From NCBI GenBank assembly GCA_951406725.2, contig OX597814.1, forward strand, positions 3,906,001 through 3,970,000: a stretch of DNA of 64,000 nucleotides. The letters run 5' to 3'. The stretch is from Octopus vulgaris (Eukaryota). Within the stretch, counting starts at the first letter, position 1; every line of letters begins with the position of its first letter. Under the pieces are notes generated by a model. The model ran no database searches. It was not told the DNA's origin and saw only the letters and a program-made list of their open reading frames with translations. The translations under genes and the position numbers were made by a program. Below, in pieces: positions 12,906 through 26,003 of the stretch.

Positions 12906-14520
12906 AAAATGTTCAAAACGGCATTGTTTTTGTCAGAAAAGTAGATATAAGTTTTTATTAAAGCTGTTTTATATTCTATAATTTTCACAGACAATAAATA
13001 CGATATTAATTGGTATTGTCTGAGATTTTGGTGTAATTTGAGAGGATAATACAAAAGTTATGGATGATTTAGTGATTTACTGCAAAACCCATGGCGGCCA
13101 AAATGATCAGAACGGTTGAAAAAATAACAAAATAATCAAAAATGACAGGGAATACTGGAATTATTTAATATTTAGTGTGAAGCCCTTTAGCTTCAATCAA
13201 AGTTTGACATTTTCGACTGCATGGGGAAATTAAATTTTCAATTTCTTGCTGGGTGATCATATTCCATTCTTCCTGAAGGGCATTCCATAATTGCTCGGTT
13301 GTTTTTTGGATTTCCGGCTTTCAAACGTTCTCCTAGAATATTTCACACATTTTCAATAGAATTGAGGTCTGGGCTTTGAGCTGGCCAATCCATAACAATA
13401 ACCTTTTCAGCCTTGAGGAAGTTCATGACCACCTTAGCCTTGTGACATGGGGCATTGTCCTGCATGAATATGGGTGGTCGCTTAGTTGAATTTCTCAGCA
13501 CAGGCAAGACATGATCTTTTACAAGTTGTTTATAAACTCCTGCATTTACCTTTCCATGTAATCGCACCAAAGGCCCCACAACATCTCCAGATATCATCCC
13601 CCAAACCATGACACTTCCTCCACCGAATTTAACACTGGTCTTAAGGCATTTAGGTGACAATTTTTCACCTGCTTTTCGACGAACGTACCTTTTCCCATCT
13701 GAGCCAAATAACATAGACTTAGATTCATCACTGAAATGCACCGTTTGCCATTTTTCTTGAGACCACAACACATGTTCGGTTGCAAAGGTAAGACGACACT
13801 TTTTATTCTTGAAGCTGATCAGTGGCTTTACTGCAGGTACTCTTGCTTGTAGGTCATGTTCAACTAAATGACGAGACATAGTTTTTCGAGATAAAGTTTT
13901 CTTCAATACAATGCTCATTTTCCGAGAAACAGCAGCAGCAGTTTTAAATCTGTCCTTTTTAACCAACTTTACCATAGCACAATCTTCTCTCTTGGTCGTT
14001 TTTCTTGGCCTGCCTGTAAACTTTCTTGCTTCACACGAACCACAATCATCGTAGGCCTTAAGAATACCGTGAACAACACTTTTTGACTTGTTAACAATCT
14101 TTGCAATAGATCCAATACTTAAATTACCCTTCCTTCGAAGCTTAATAATCTGCTGACGAATTGGTAACGGAGTAAGTGGCATTATATTAACAAAGTACAC
14201 TGCAGATATTCTTACTAATGTTTAGTAAACGAACTGTCACGTAAACAAATTCAAAACATTAGAGTTCGCCGGTTCAATATACTAAAACATGGAGTAAAAG
14301 CAACCGTTCCATTTTGGCCGCCATTGGTTTTGCAGTAAATCACTAAATCATCCATAACGTTTGTATTATCCTCTCAAATTACACCAAAATCTCAGACAAT
14401 AGCAATTAATATCGTATTTATTTTCTGTGAAAATTATAGAATATAAAACAACTTTGATAAAAACTTATATCTACTTTACTGACGAAAACAATGCCGTTCT
14501 GAACATTTTGGCCGCAACTG
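12906..14520 (-). mobile_element. Tc1-family DNA transposon with long IR/DR terminal repeats
   Basis: ~210-bp inverted repeats 12906-13118 and 14301-14520, each with inner and outer copies of ccgttc..attttggccgc; right end ...ggccgcaactg followed by TA. Confidence 0.92.
13165..14182 (-). pseudogene. Tc1 transposase pseudogene (DD34E)
   Basis: HTH region, GRPRK linker, FSDES, KFGGGSVMVWG, MQDNAPCH, WPAQSPDLNSIE (34 residues between D and E); premature TGA after IENV; C-terminal EAKGLHTKY* continues with frameshifts. Confidence 0.92.
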
Positions 14521-15385
14521 TATATATAGATGCATATTTAGGCACAGGACGTCATGAAACGTGTGCAACAAAAATACGAAGTACGAGTACATAGAATATG
14601 AACCATTTTTCGAACAACGAAAGACACAAATGGAAAACAAGACAACACAAAAAAATGACCCTTCATCAATTGTTGACTGTTTTCTATTCTCGGCCATCTT
14701 TCTTCTCCTAATTTGTGTTTCTTTCTCTCGGTTGTATCTGGATCAAGGAAGACGTGTTCTTGTCTGTCCCCTATCCAAGCTTGATTTACGCGTTCGCTAC
14801 AACCTCGTTTAGGCTTAGCAGTCCTTCCTGTTTGTTTTCACAGTCCTGTTTGTGTTATCAATTTTGACCCTCCGCAAAATCCCAAATTTTATATAATTTG
14901 CTTTGCCGAAGCAACTGTTTTATCGAAAGCGTATATTGTTGTTAAATGCTCGAAACATGCACAGAGATGCACACTTAATGCTAAATCACTGTGACAAAGC
15001 TAGACCTTTGGACTACAGGGTAAAATCTACCCGACGACTTCTACACAGTTTCCGTGTATCCAAATTTCATCCATGAGACTGGGATCGATCCAAGCACTAG
15101 AACAGGATATTGGTCCAAAATACCACACAGCAGGACTGAACTCGGGAACTTGTGATTCCAAACAATTTAGCTGTCCTGTCTCAACTACACCCTCGCATAC
15201 ACATGCATGCACATACACGCACATAAATCACGCACGCACACACACAAAACGAACTATGTAACATACTTACTGTATGTCACTGCCTGTAGGCCGGTTACTG
15301 CTGAATCTATCCTGAAATAACATCTCTTGTGGACGTGTTGTGTTAAAAACAGAATAAACATCAGCGGAAGACGAAAGTTTATATC

Positions 15386-15613
15386 TATTTCTTTACTATC
15401 CACAAGGGGCTAAACACAAAGAGGACAAACAAGGACAGACAAACGGATTAAGTCGATTACATCGACCCCAGTGCGTAACTGGCACTTAATTTATCGACCC
15501 CGAAAGGATGAAAGGCAAAGTCGATCTCGCCGGAATTTGAACTCAGAACGTAACGGCAGATGAAATACGGCTACGCATTTTGCCCGGCATGCTAACGTTT
15601 CTGCCAGCTCGCC
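15386..15613 (-). mobile_element. SINE family B (tRNA head; central tttgcctttcatcctttcggggtcgataaattaagt) with ~20-bp TSD
   Basis: ggaagacgaaagtttatatc on both sides (15366-15385, 15614-15633). Confidence 0.88.
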
Positions 15614-15902
15614 GGAAGACGAAAGTTTATATCACCAGTAGTCAGCGAGAGCACCAGATGCATTTCGGCTTTTTTGGACCTTTGTCTTTTTGGACAGGGC
15701 GAGAATTTGTGGTCTCGATGACTGCTGTGGTGACGAATTTTCGCCTCCATTCGATATTTATTGTTTTGAAAACAGCAGGTCCATAAGAGTTGTTATCTCA
15801 GGACAAAAAATGCACAGTAACTGGCCTATCGATAGTGTGTATATATGTTGAGTATGATACATAGATAGCTATTTTAATTTAATTCTGCCTCAATTGCATG
15901 TA

Positions 15903-15997
<95 letters not shown>

Positions 15998-16099
15998 CAG
16001 ACAGACATATAGACAGATAGATAGATTGCATGAATATGTGTGTTGGCTTAGTGTTAAATGAGGACATACGGGTGCACGTCTGTGTATGTGTATCCAGTG

Positions 16100-16215
16100 T
16101 ATAAGAAAACACTGGTATAAGTGTACTGTTCGTGAAATTAATGTGCAAGTAGCTGAGCACTCCGCAGGCATGTGTACCCTTATCGTAGTTCTCGGGGAGA
16201 TTCAGAGTGACACAG
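16100..16215 (-). mobile_element. Fragment of SINE family C
   Basis: Matches 29650-29745 (gtgaaattaa...gtacccttaacgtagttctcggggagattcag). Confidence 0.7.
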
Positions 16216-16224
16216 AATGTAATG

Positions 16225-17945
16225 CGGAGGCCATTCGGGATCCTGTGTGAAAGTTAAAGGTACTCCATTAGGGTGCCTTTCCACCACCTTTTCTACCTCT
16301 CCGTCTCAGTAGAAGAAGACCAATAGTTCCTCTTCCTCCGGGTACGAGGTAGTCAATTTTACCGTTGGCTCACAGTTTCCCCCCAACGGCGTCTCTTCCC
16401 TTGCCGATGGTTCAACCCCTACCGGAAAGGTTCCGGAACATTCCGATGCTATGTCCCGTTTCTCTTCCTTTTTCTCTTTTTTCCCTCTCAACTGAGGGAG
16501 GGTGCGTCTCCTCCGTGACCGGGAGATTCACCTTCTCTCCCCTATCCCCAGGATCCTTCGGTGAGCACCCATTGTTGCTCACCTTCTTCTTCTTGCGACC
16601 CTTCCCTGAAGAGTCCTCCATCTCCTCAGCCGCCTTCGTTCCCTCTTTTACAGAGGTCTCAATTGATTGCTCCAGGATTCCGCCTTGCTCCCGAGGATAG
16701 GTCTTCTTTATATGGCCAGGCTCCAAGCACCGATGACACCTGGTGGGGGGCGACCCTCAAGAATCACCGGGTACCTGCACCCGGCCATTTTCAAAAAATC
16801 TGGCATGACCAGATTCATGGTTGATTGGGTCCACAGGGTCAAAACAGCTTTTGACCTAACCCAATCAGCCGCAGGAAAAATTTTCACATTTGAAGAGCCT
16901 GGCTCTGCTGCCACCCAGACCCCGATGGATTGTATCCTCCATCCACTGGGGTTCAATTCCGGGTGGCAATCCACAGACTCAGGCCCTCGTCAGTTTTTCC
17001 CACAATAAGTAGGAAGAAACAAAATTTCTTTACCCTCAACGGGCTGGCTTGCAAAAGTGCGAGCCTCCTCTGGGGTGTCAAACAGCAACCACACCGTTGC
17101 ATATCTGACTCACCAAGATATATACTTAATGGTTGGCAGATGTTCTGCCAACTCCGGCTCAATCATATGCTTGGAGAAGAACCTTCGAATACGTTCTCAA
17201 CGCCACCGTCCTCTCTCCTGTTGCTGTCTGAGCCACTCCTTAAGTGGGACAATCTCCCACTCTACAATCTTATCCATGTTTTCAATTAAAAAATAAAAAA
17301 AGTCCAAAACAATAGTTCAGAAAAAAGGAAAGAGAGAATTCAAAAGAAAACAAAAGTGAAGAAGAAAGAAAAAACAAACAGTTCAATAAAAAATCGTAAT
17401 AGAAGAAAACAAGAGTTAAAAAAACAGCAAAAAATCTTCTGGGATTCATGTACTCCAAGCCCTTATGGTACTCCAATTAGAACCTGGACTGCTCCATTTG
17501 AATACAGCTTTCCAACGTAGTTGTAAAATACACACTATTTACAAACAGCGAACGACTTTTGGTGTTAGGATACGTCACCAAACTATATTTCTCACAATGA
17601 GAAAAATTTTTCACTTAATGTGAACACTTGAAATACAGTTTTCCAATAATGGTAAATGTTGTCGTAAAAACATACACTGTTGAAAAGTGAACAATTTTTG
17701 GTTTGAAGGATACACCCACCAGACTGTACTTCTCACAATGAGAAAAAATGTTCATTTACTATGGACCATGTTGCTGAACAGCAAGTAGACCAACATCTTG
17801 AATCCAGTGAGGACTCCCTGTTTGTAAAACATATAAGCATAGACAACGACCCTCACTGGGTCCAAGACAAAAGTCTTACCTTGCAGCAGCTTCTTTTGGC
17901 AGGCTAAACACTCCCTGCTGTCTTCTTCAGTGCACAACGCAGACA
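16225..17945 (-). mobile_element. 5' part (5'UTR plus frameshifted gag-like ORF1) of a Tx1-like non-LTR retrotransposon
   Basis: Across a frameshift reads AGCRYPVILEGRP/RCHRCLEPGHIKKTYP (degenerate CX2CX4HX4C knuckle) then K/E-rich tail; two ~130-bp tandem monomers at ~17500-17760 in the putative 5'UTR. Confidence 0.6.
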
Positions 17946-18388
17946 CACAGACACATGCGCACACTGACAATAGAGACTCGTGGGAAGCAAGCTGCTTACC
18001 ACACAGCCACTGCTGCGCCTATGCATATATATATATTTTATGATTTAATCTTGTATGTCTTCGGAATAACAAAGAATTGAAATGAAACAAAGTTTCATGT
18101 AGGAGAGGATTAATAAAGCTCACTGATTAGTTGTAATTAGTGGTGTTCATGCTAACTCTTGCAAGAAGCAAATCAATTTTATAAATCGTTTCCCAGTGAA
18201 GCATAACAAACCGGTTGGCTAATCCTTATTGTATTATTGAAGCTCAGATTGAAAGTTTGTTTCATGATTCGAGATACCACATCGATCTTCGATTCCCAAC
18301 ACAAACTTTTTGCTAGTTTTGAAGGAAAAACAATATTCTCTACTTTTTCTCTACATGTAATAAGCACTCACCTTCCAGAAATCAAATG

Positions 18389-18468
<80 letters not shown>

Positions 18469-19386
18469 GGGCAGGTCGGCCCCGCGGCTCGAGAAACACG
18501 TGGCCGACCTGCCCGAGATGCGGTCAGAGCGACGAAACCGTTCTGCACGCACTCGTGCAGTGTCCAACAATTTCCGACCTGTGGGCTTATGTCGAACAAC
18601 TGCTGTCACGTGTGGGACGAGTCGGTTTACCAGCTGAGTCTATCGTCAATATTGTCACGCCTCCTTCCTTCAAACGGGAAGGAAGAGCTATTTTCATCAT
18701 CCTTGTGGCTATGGCGAAAGAATGTATCTGGTGGACGCGTCTGAAAGGATTGGAGACAAACACTTTCCTCTCTGGTCAATCTCTCATCAACTTCTTCAAG
18801 TACCACTTGAAAAGGAAAGTGAGAGTAGAGAGGCAAGTTTAGTCTAGCGAATGTTTTAAAAAAAGATGGGTGAATGTAGCGAGGATGGCACGTATGAATG
18901 ACGAAGCCACCTTGAGCATAATCCTATGAACCCAGAAATTGAAAACAGAGGGTTACCCACTTGCAAACAAATGTGGTAACATATAACAATATTGACCAAG
19001 GTTACCGTGGTCTTTTTCGTAGGCTTTTCTTCCCACGGAAAAACCTTACTTGCTTTCCCCTTTACACCATATATCATAACACTGTGATACACGATTCCTA
19101 TTGATCGTTCTTTTTTCCTCTTCCCCTTTTTTCCCCCTTTTTCTCCTTTTTTCATTACTCTTTCCTTTTGTTCCTTTTCCTTTCCTTTTTTTTTCTTTTT
19201 ATTCTTTTTATTTTATTCAATTTTTTTTGTTTTTGTTCTTTTCTTCCCTTTTACGATCCCTCTTGATCGAAAACCTACGCCACCCCTTTTTTTCTTTTGT
19301 TTTTGTTCTCTTCATCCCCCAAAAGAAAAGCTCTACCTTGTAACTTGTCCATTCTGTGTGCAGCCCTGTGTGGCCAATGAAGAAAC

Positions 19387-19388
<2 letters not shown>
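18469..19388 (+). mobile_element. 3' end of Tx1-like LINE ORF2 (CCHC finger) plus 3'UTR, inside (TATC)n
   Basis: TCPRCGQSDETVLHALVQCP...LWAYVEQLL...AMAKECIWWTR; T-rich 3'UTR; no poly(A); TATC arrays on both sides. Confidence 0.85.
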
Positions 19389-19452
<64 letters not shown>

Positions 19453-19457
19453 GTCTG

Positions 19458-19590
<133 letters not shown>

Positions 19591-19593
19591 GTA

Positions 19594-19634
<41 letters not shown>

Positions 19635-19839
19635 TTGAAAAGGATGCGGGACGTTCAATAATAATATAAATAATATATAGATAAATAGACAATTATTACC
19701 TAACCCTGAACGTCTGGATACAACTGTCGAGTTTAGAAAATCATGTATTCGCTTCTTCGTATTCTGTATTTTTATGCACTATGTAAACGTATTTGCACAC
19801 ACACACGCACACACACACACGCGCGCACACACACGCGCG

Positions 19840-20338
<499 letters not shown>

Positions 20339-20383
20339 ACACACACACACACACACACACATATATGTATATATATATATATA

Positions 20384-20487
20384 TAACAATCGTACTGACT
20401 TTCATGGGAAACATGTATTTTCGTGGTTGAAACCTTTTGGATTAACTGGTGCTAGAGTGAGCCACATAGTGACCACTCTCTTATATT

Positions 20488-20539
<52 letters not shown>

Positions 20540-21054
20540 TTAATAAGGGTGAGAGAATTAGATACTAATTTAATAGTATACCTATTCAACACCAGGTGTT
20601 GAATAGATATACTATTAAATTAGTATCTAATTCTCTCACCCTTATTAATTAATTATAATTATGCTACATTTATTTCTAAATGTAGTATTTGTTTCCGTGA
20701 AAGTTTGGTGCGCTGTTGGTTGGGGCATTTGAATTATAACGTCGGATGTAATCAATTGAACCACACGCGTATTTATCGTTATGGTAAAATCTGGCGTGTG
20801 ATTGAGTGGATTTCATCCAGATAGTTTTGGCTGAGGAGCTACAAGTGAGTTTTTTGTGAGTAAAATTACATTTAATTCATTAATAGCGAAACAATTGTCC
20901 CAAAATAATCTGTATTTTTGTTATTTTTTATTTGCCCTGTTCGTATGAGCTAACAATCGTACTGACTTTCATGGGAAACATGTATTTTTGTGGTTGAAAC
21001 CTTTTGGATTTACTAGTGCTAGAGTGAGCCACATAGTGACCACTCTCTTATATT

Positions 21055-21060
<6 letters not shown>
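20384..21060 (+). mobile_element. Non-coding Penelope-like/retrozyme-like element with direct terminal repeat, inverted 5' segment and hammerhead
   Basis: ~105-bp direct repeat 20384-20490 / 20951-21058; hairpin 20531-20657; hammerhead 20825-20905; TA flanks. Confidence 0.7.
20825..20905 (+). ncRNA. Type I hammerhead ribozyme, canonical core
   Basis: TTTTGG-CTGAGGA-GCTA..TAGC-GAAA-CAATTG-TC-CCAAAA; predicted cleavage after GUC (C20899). Confidence 0.8.
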
Positions 21061-21093
<33 letters not shown>

Positions 21094-21320
21094 CAGGGTA
21101 ATAAAGATTTTAGAAATTTTTACTACCAGTGGCCTAGCGTATATAAAAATTAAGTCAATAGACTATATATTATTCATATAAAATACAGTGTACATTTAAA
21201 CACATTAAGAGGCTTCCATCATAGGAATCCTTTACGCTAGAAAGAACAGTTAAAGTCCAAACCACTAAATAGGGATAAATTCTCGAAGGGAATGAAAACT
21301 AAAAACATTTACCATCTAAT

Positions 21321-21395
21321 TCCTGGACCATGGTTTCTGACTTAGTTTTGTAAATAAAAATTCTTATTTACCAGGCGAACTCTTCATCAACAGGG
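21321..21395 (-). ncRNA. Type I hammerhead ribozyme fold (core variant UUGAUGA)
   Basis: Minus: CCTG-TTGATGA-..gtaaataa gaattt ttatttac..-GAAA-CCATGG-TC-CAGG. Confidence 0.65.
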
Positions 21396-21549
21396 ACGCC
21401 AAAGATTAAATATATAAACAACGAGGCCAATCCAGCATGTGTCTCATTGTTTATACATTTTAATAATTTTTCAAATCCACTGCGCAAGCGCAGCATTTTT
21501 TTTTTTTGTTTTGTCGGCAGCAAAAAGATGCCGGCACATTCTTCGATGA

Positions 21550-21704
21550 TTGTGTGTTTACGTCCCCGTAACTTAGCGGTTCGGCAAAATAGACCGATAT
21601 AATAAGTACTAGGCTTACAAAGAATAAGTCCTTGGATCGATTTGTTCGACAAAGGCGGTGCTCCAACATCGCTGCAATCAAATGACTGAAACGAGTAAAA
21701 GAGA

Positions 21705-21743
<39 letters not shown>

Positions 21744-21942
21744 GAAAATTCTAAAATTGAAAATATATCTTCAAATATATCTTCAGGCGTGTGGTAAGAA
21801 TGCCCTCTTCAGTCCCACTGTGTCACACTTTGGGTAAGTGTCTTCTACTATAGCCTCTGGCCGACCAAAACCTTGTGAGTGGATTTGGTAGATGGAAACT
21901 GAAAGAAGCCCGTCGTTTACACACACACATATATATAAATAA

Positions 21943-21978
<36 letters not shown>

Positions 21979-22130
21979 ATGTTTGTGTCTGTGTTTGTTC
22001 CCCACCATCGCTTGACAACCGATGTTGGTGTGTTTACGTCCCCGTATCTTAGCGGTTCGGTAAAAGAGCTTACAAAGAATAGGCCGGTGCTCCAGCATGG
22101 CCGCAGTCAAATGACAAACAAGAACAAAAG
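21550..22130 (+). mobile_element. Two SINE family A pieces (3' half 21550-21706; deleted copy 21785-22130)
   Basis: Family A body and tail motifs. Confidence 0.8.
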
Positions 22131-22211
22131 AACAAACTAAAAATAGAGTGAAAATCCTTTTATGGATGACAACGACAACGAAGCGAAGCATTATATGTCA
22201 ATAATGTAAGA

Positions 22212-23060
22212 CGGTGTGGTTAAGAATCTCGCTTGGTTCCGGGTTCGGTCCCACTGCTCGGCACTTTGGGCAAGTGTCTTTTACTATGGCTTCTGGCCGA
22301 CCAAAGCCTTGTGAGTGGGTTTGGTAGACGGAAACTGTGTCGAAGGCGATGAGCTGGCAGAAACGTTAGCGCGCCGGGCGAAATGCTTAGCGGTATTTCG
22401 TTGCGAGTTCAAATTCCGCCGAGGACGACTTTGCCTTTCATCCTTTCGGGGTCGATTAAATAAGTACCAGTTACGCACTGGGGTCGATATAATCGACTTA
22501 ATCCGTTTGTCTGTCTTTGTTTGTCCCCTCTGTGTTTAACCCCTTGTGGGTAATAAAGAAATAAGAAACTGTGTCGATGCGTGCGCGCGCGCGTGCTTGT
22601 GTGTGCGTATTTTTTGTGTGTATGTTTGTGTGTGTGTGTGTGTGTGTTTTTTTGTGTGCGTTTTTGTGCGTATATGTGTTTGTGTGTGTACATGTGTTTG
22701 TGTGTGTGTTCTTGTGTGTGTATGTTTGTGTTTGTGCGTGTGTTTGTGTGTGTGTGTACGTGCGTGTGTTTGTGTGTGTTTGTATGTATATTTGAGTGTT
22801 TGCGTTCGTGTTCGCGCGTGTGTGCGTGTGTACGTGCGTGTTTTTGTGTATATGTGTGTGTTTGTGCCCTCCCTACAGCTTGACAACGGGTGCTGGTTTC
22901 TTTACCGTCACACAGACTAGCAGTTCGGTAAAAGAGACTGATAGAATAAGTACCAGACCTAGAAAAGAATCGTAAGCACTGGTTGATTTGTTCGACAAAA
23001 ATTCTTCAAGGCGATGCTCCAGAATGGCCGCAGTCCAACGATTGAAAGAAGCAAGCGATA
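22212..23060 (+). mobile_element. SINE family A interrupted by a SINE family B copy (22344-22564)
   Basis: 13-bp TSD gaaactgtgtcga at 22331-22343 and 22565-22577; family A tail resumes near 22860. Confidence 0.85.
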
Positions 23061-23954
23061 ATAATGGTAGATAAAAGTGGTTTAGAGTCTCCCCAGGGAA
23101 AACAATGAGGAGAAACCGATACAATATGCGCCAATGATGTTCGGCGTTTTGCGTTCAGTTTGTCCCGGGAGGAAAATCTGGAATTTACAAAGACATAAAA
23201 AAAAGGGAGAGAAAAATTGCGAGGAATCAAAAGCGAAAATTAACACGTTGGCCCCGAGCCTCATTTTACGTTTTATCCCAGGGTCCCAATACGATATCTT
23301 AATTTTGACACGAGCAGCGTAATATTTTTACGCTATACCATATGTGAGGCAAGGATCAGATTGCTAGTGTTGGATACCCATGTCCCACCGGTGGGGTTGT
23401 GAGGTGCCCTAGTTCAGATCACATCATAGATACCACACAACCTACTCGTGGTCGATTATAAATTTTGGGGTGTTTTCTATTGGAAGATCTCGAAATCTTT
23501 TCTAAAAGAACTATTTTGGTTCCCATGGCAAGTAAAATACTTTTCATTCCCTTCTTGTATTGAAAAATCTACCATTTTTTTCCCAAAAAAAACTATTTTT
23601 GTTTCAATGGCAAATAAAAGTTTCTCAATGCTCAGTTTTTTATTTTACTTCATTAAATGATGAAATCAGAAGAAAAAAAACGTAAAAGAAAAATATTAAA
23701 AATCTACAAAGGATTGTTCTCTTAGTGTAGCAAAAGCACAAATCAAAGCAGCTCTCAGAAGCTCATAGGAAAGAAATTTAGAAAACCACCTACTGGAGGG
23801 TTGGACGGGACTCGCTAACATACCACCACGAGGCACCACCAGGACGTGAGGGAGCCAATCTGTTAAAAAAATAGTTTAAATGAAGAAACCAGGAACAAGG
23901 AAAAGATGAACAATTAAAAATCGTTAATGAAATAAATAAAAAAGAAGAGAATAG

Positions 23955-24352
23955 CCTGGGGAACCTAGGGCAAACCAGAGGAAGCCAGGGGAATCCAGGG
24001 GAAATAAAAGGAACCTTGGGGAACCCAGGAGAAAACAGGGGAATCCAGGGGAAATGAAAGGAACCTAGGGGAACCCAGGAGAAAACAGGGGAAATGAAAG
24101 GAACCTAGGGGAAACCAGGGGAACTCAGGGGAATCCAGGGGAAATGAAAGGAACCTAGGGGAACCCAGGAGAAAACAGGGGAATCCAGGGGAAATGAAAG
24201 GAACCTAGGGGAACCCAGGAGAAAACAGGGGAATCCAGGGGAAATGAAAGGAACCTAGGGGAAACCAGGGGAACTCAGGGGAATCCAGGGGAAATGAAAG
24301 GAACCTAGGGGAAACCAGGGGAACCCAGGGGAAATGGCACCCAAGGGAACCA
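23955..24352 (+). repeat. G-rich minisatellite, 10-bp subunit with 50-bp higher-order unit
   Basis: gaacctaggg gaacccagga gaaaacaggg gaatccaggg gaaatgaaag repeated. Confidence 0.9.
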
Positions 24353-24359
24353 GTTATTT

Positions 24360-24545
24360 TTCATCTTTTATTTGTTTCAGTCTTTGGAATGCGACCGTGC
24401 AGGAGCAGTGCTTGGAAGGGGTTTTAGTCAAACAAATCAACTCCCAGTACCTATTTTTGTGTCTGGTACTGATTCTGTCGCTCACTTTAGCCGAACCGCT
24501 ATTGTTACGGTGAGGTAAGTCATCCAACACCATTCACCAAGCGGT
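24360..24545 (-). mobile_element. SINE family A, diverged 3' half
   Basis: tttgtttcagtctttggaatgcgaccgtgcaggagca...gccgaaccgct. Confidence 0.7.
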
Positions 24546-24716
24546 GGGTGAGCTGGAGGAACACAGAAGCAAACATTTACACACACGTGTACCTGTTATA
24601 TCTTCGGCGAGTTCACTTGGGATTTTTTAGCGACAGTGTAACCTTCATATATATATATATATGCATACACATATATATATATATATATATTTCTATGTAT
24701 GTATGTATACACACAC

Positions 24717-24806
<90 letters not shown>

Positions 24807-24949
24807 GAGGGGCTTCCACACAGTTTTCATTTATCAAATTTACTCATTACATGGAGAAAAAGAAAGTGAAAGTAGGATCCAAAACGCAGAAGCCAAGTTG
24901 AAGGTAGTGGAGGGAGAGAATAAACCGAAAGAGAGAGAGAGAGAGAGAG

Positions 24950-25001
<52 letters not shown>

Positions 25002-25218
25002 AGAGACAAATAGAGACAGACGCAGAGACAAACAGACAGACAGCATGTACATTATTGCTGTGCTGGCTATTGAACGTCCATAAATCTGAGGTTGTGTGTT
25101 GAGGAAACAAGCTTAAAACAGACGGACGTTGTTTGTTTATCAGAGACTAATCATAAAGGAGAAGATAACGATTTTTTAAGCAGAAGCCAACAGCGAATAA
25201 ATCTTGCGCTGCCGCTCT

Positions 25219-25334
25219 CTTATATATAATCTCGCTGGCAAACCTATCATGGCTTTCGTCTGCAAATATCTCACCTTCTGGTGGAGACAGCATGGACATA
25301 GAGCGATGCCGTTGCTGCCAGTTACCATAGAAAC
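25219..25334 (-). promoter_or_regulatory. Candidate promoter: RFX X-box plus TATA-like element
   Basis: GTTACCATAGAAAC (25321-25334) fits GTHNYYATRRNAAC; TATATAAG ~100 bp downstream on the minus strand, in unique sequence. Confidence 0.35.
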
Positions 25335-25708
25335 TGTCAGAGATCAATGGTGATTGGTCAGTCTTTTGATATTACTTCCTGCTCGGGAATAGATCCTAGA
25401 TTTCACCCACTTGATGACTCTGCTGGCACCTTTCACCAAACCAAGAGTCAACGGCGGAGCGTCTATGCAGTCGGTTCACCTTCCAGAAATAGCAGTCAAG
25501 TGAGTCTACTATCTTTAGAAAAATGGTAGGTTACACTGGGACCAGGAGTTCCTGTCTTAGACACCGTAACGTGTGCTGAAATATAAACGGAAACACCACG
25601 ACTGAAACGCCTTTGATTATTTTTCAGTTCAGTCACGGATAAACTGGTGTTGGCCCTTCCCTTACTTATCAACAACTAAAGTAATAATACCACTTCTCTC
25701 TCTCTCTC

Positions 25709-25748
<40 letters not shown>

Positions 25749-25913
25749 CGCACACACACACATACATATACATATACATACACACACACACACACACACA
25801 CAAATATATATATAGTTCAGCAAAATTTAGATTCAGATGAATATGGTACTTAAGTTAAAGGCCCCAGAATTTGGTACGGTATTATCCATATAAATCAAAT
25901 GGGGTGATTATAA

Positions 25914-26003
25914 TCAAAATGAGCAACAAGGATATCCAAGGTAGTGTAGTACGGTCAAACGATTCTACTACACTGCCTTGGATATCCTTGTTGCTCACTT
26001 TGA
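25914..26003. repeat. Inverted repeat, 38-bp arms, abutting (TA)n
   Basis: tcaaaatgagcaacaaggatatccaaggtagtgtagta / tactacactgccttggatatccttgttgctcactttga. Confidence 0.9.

Noticed and set aside
25313-25338. Resemblance to miR-22 (gctgccagtt...aactgt)
   Set aside because: Seed is imperfect and no precursor hairpin is visible.
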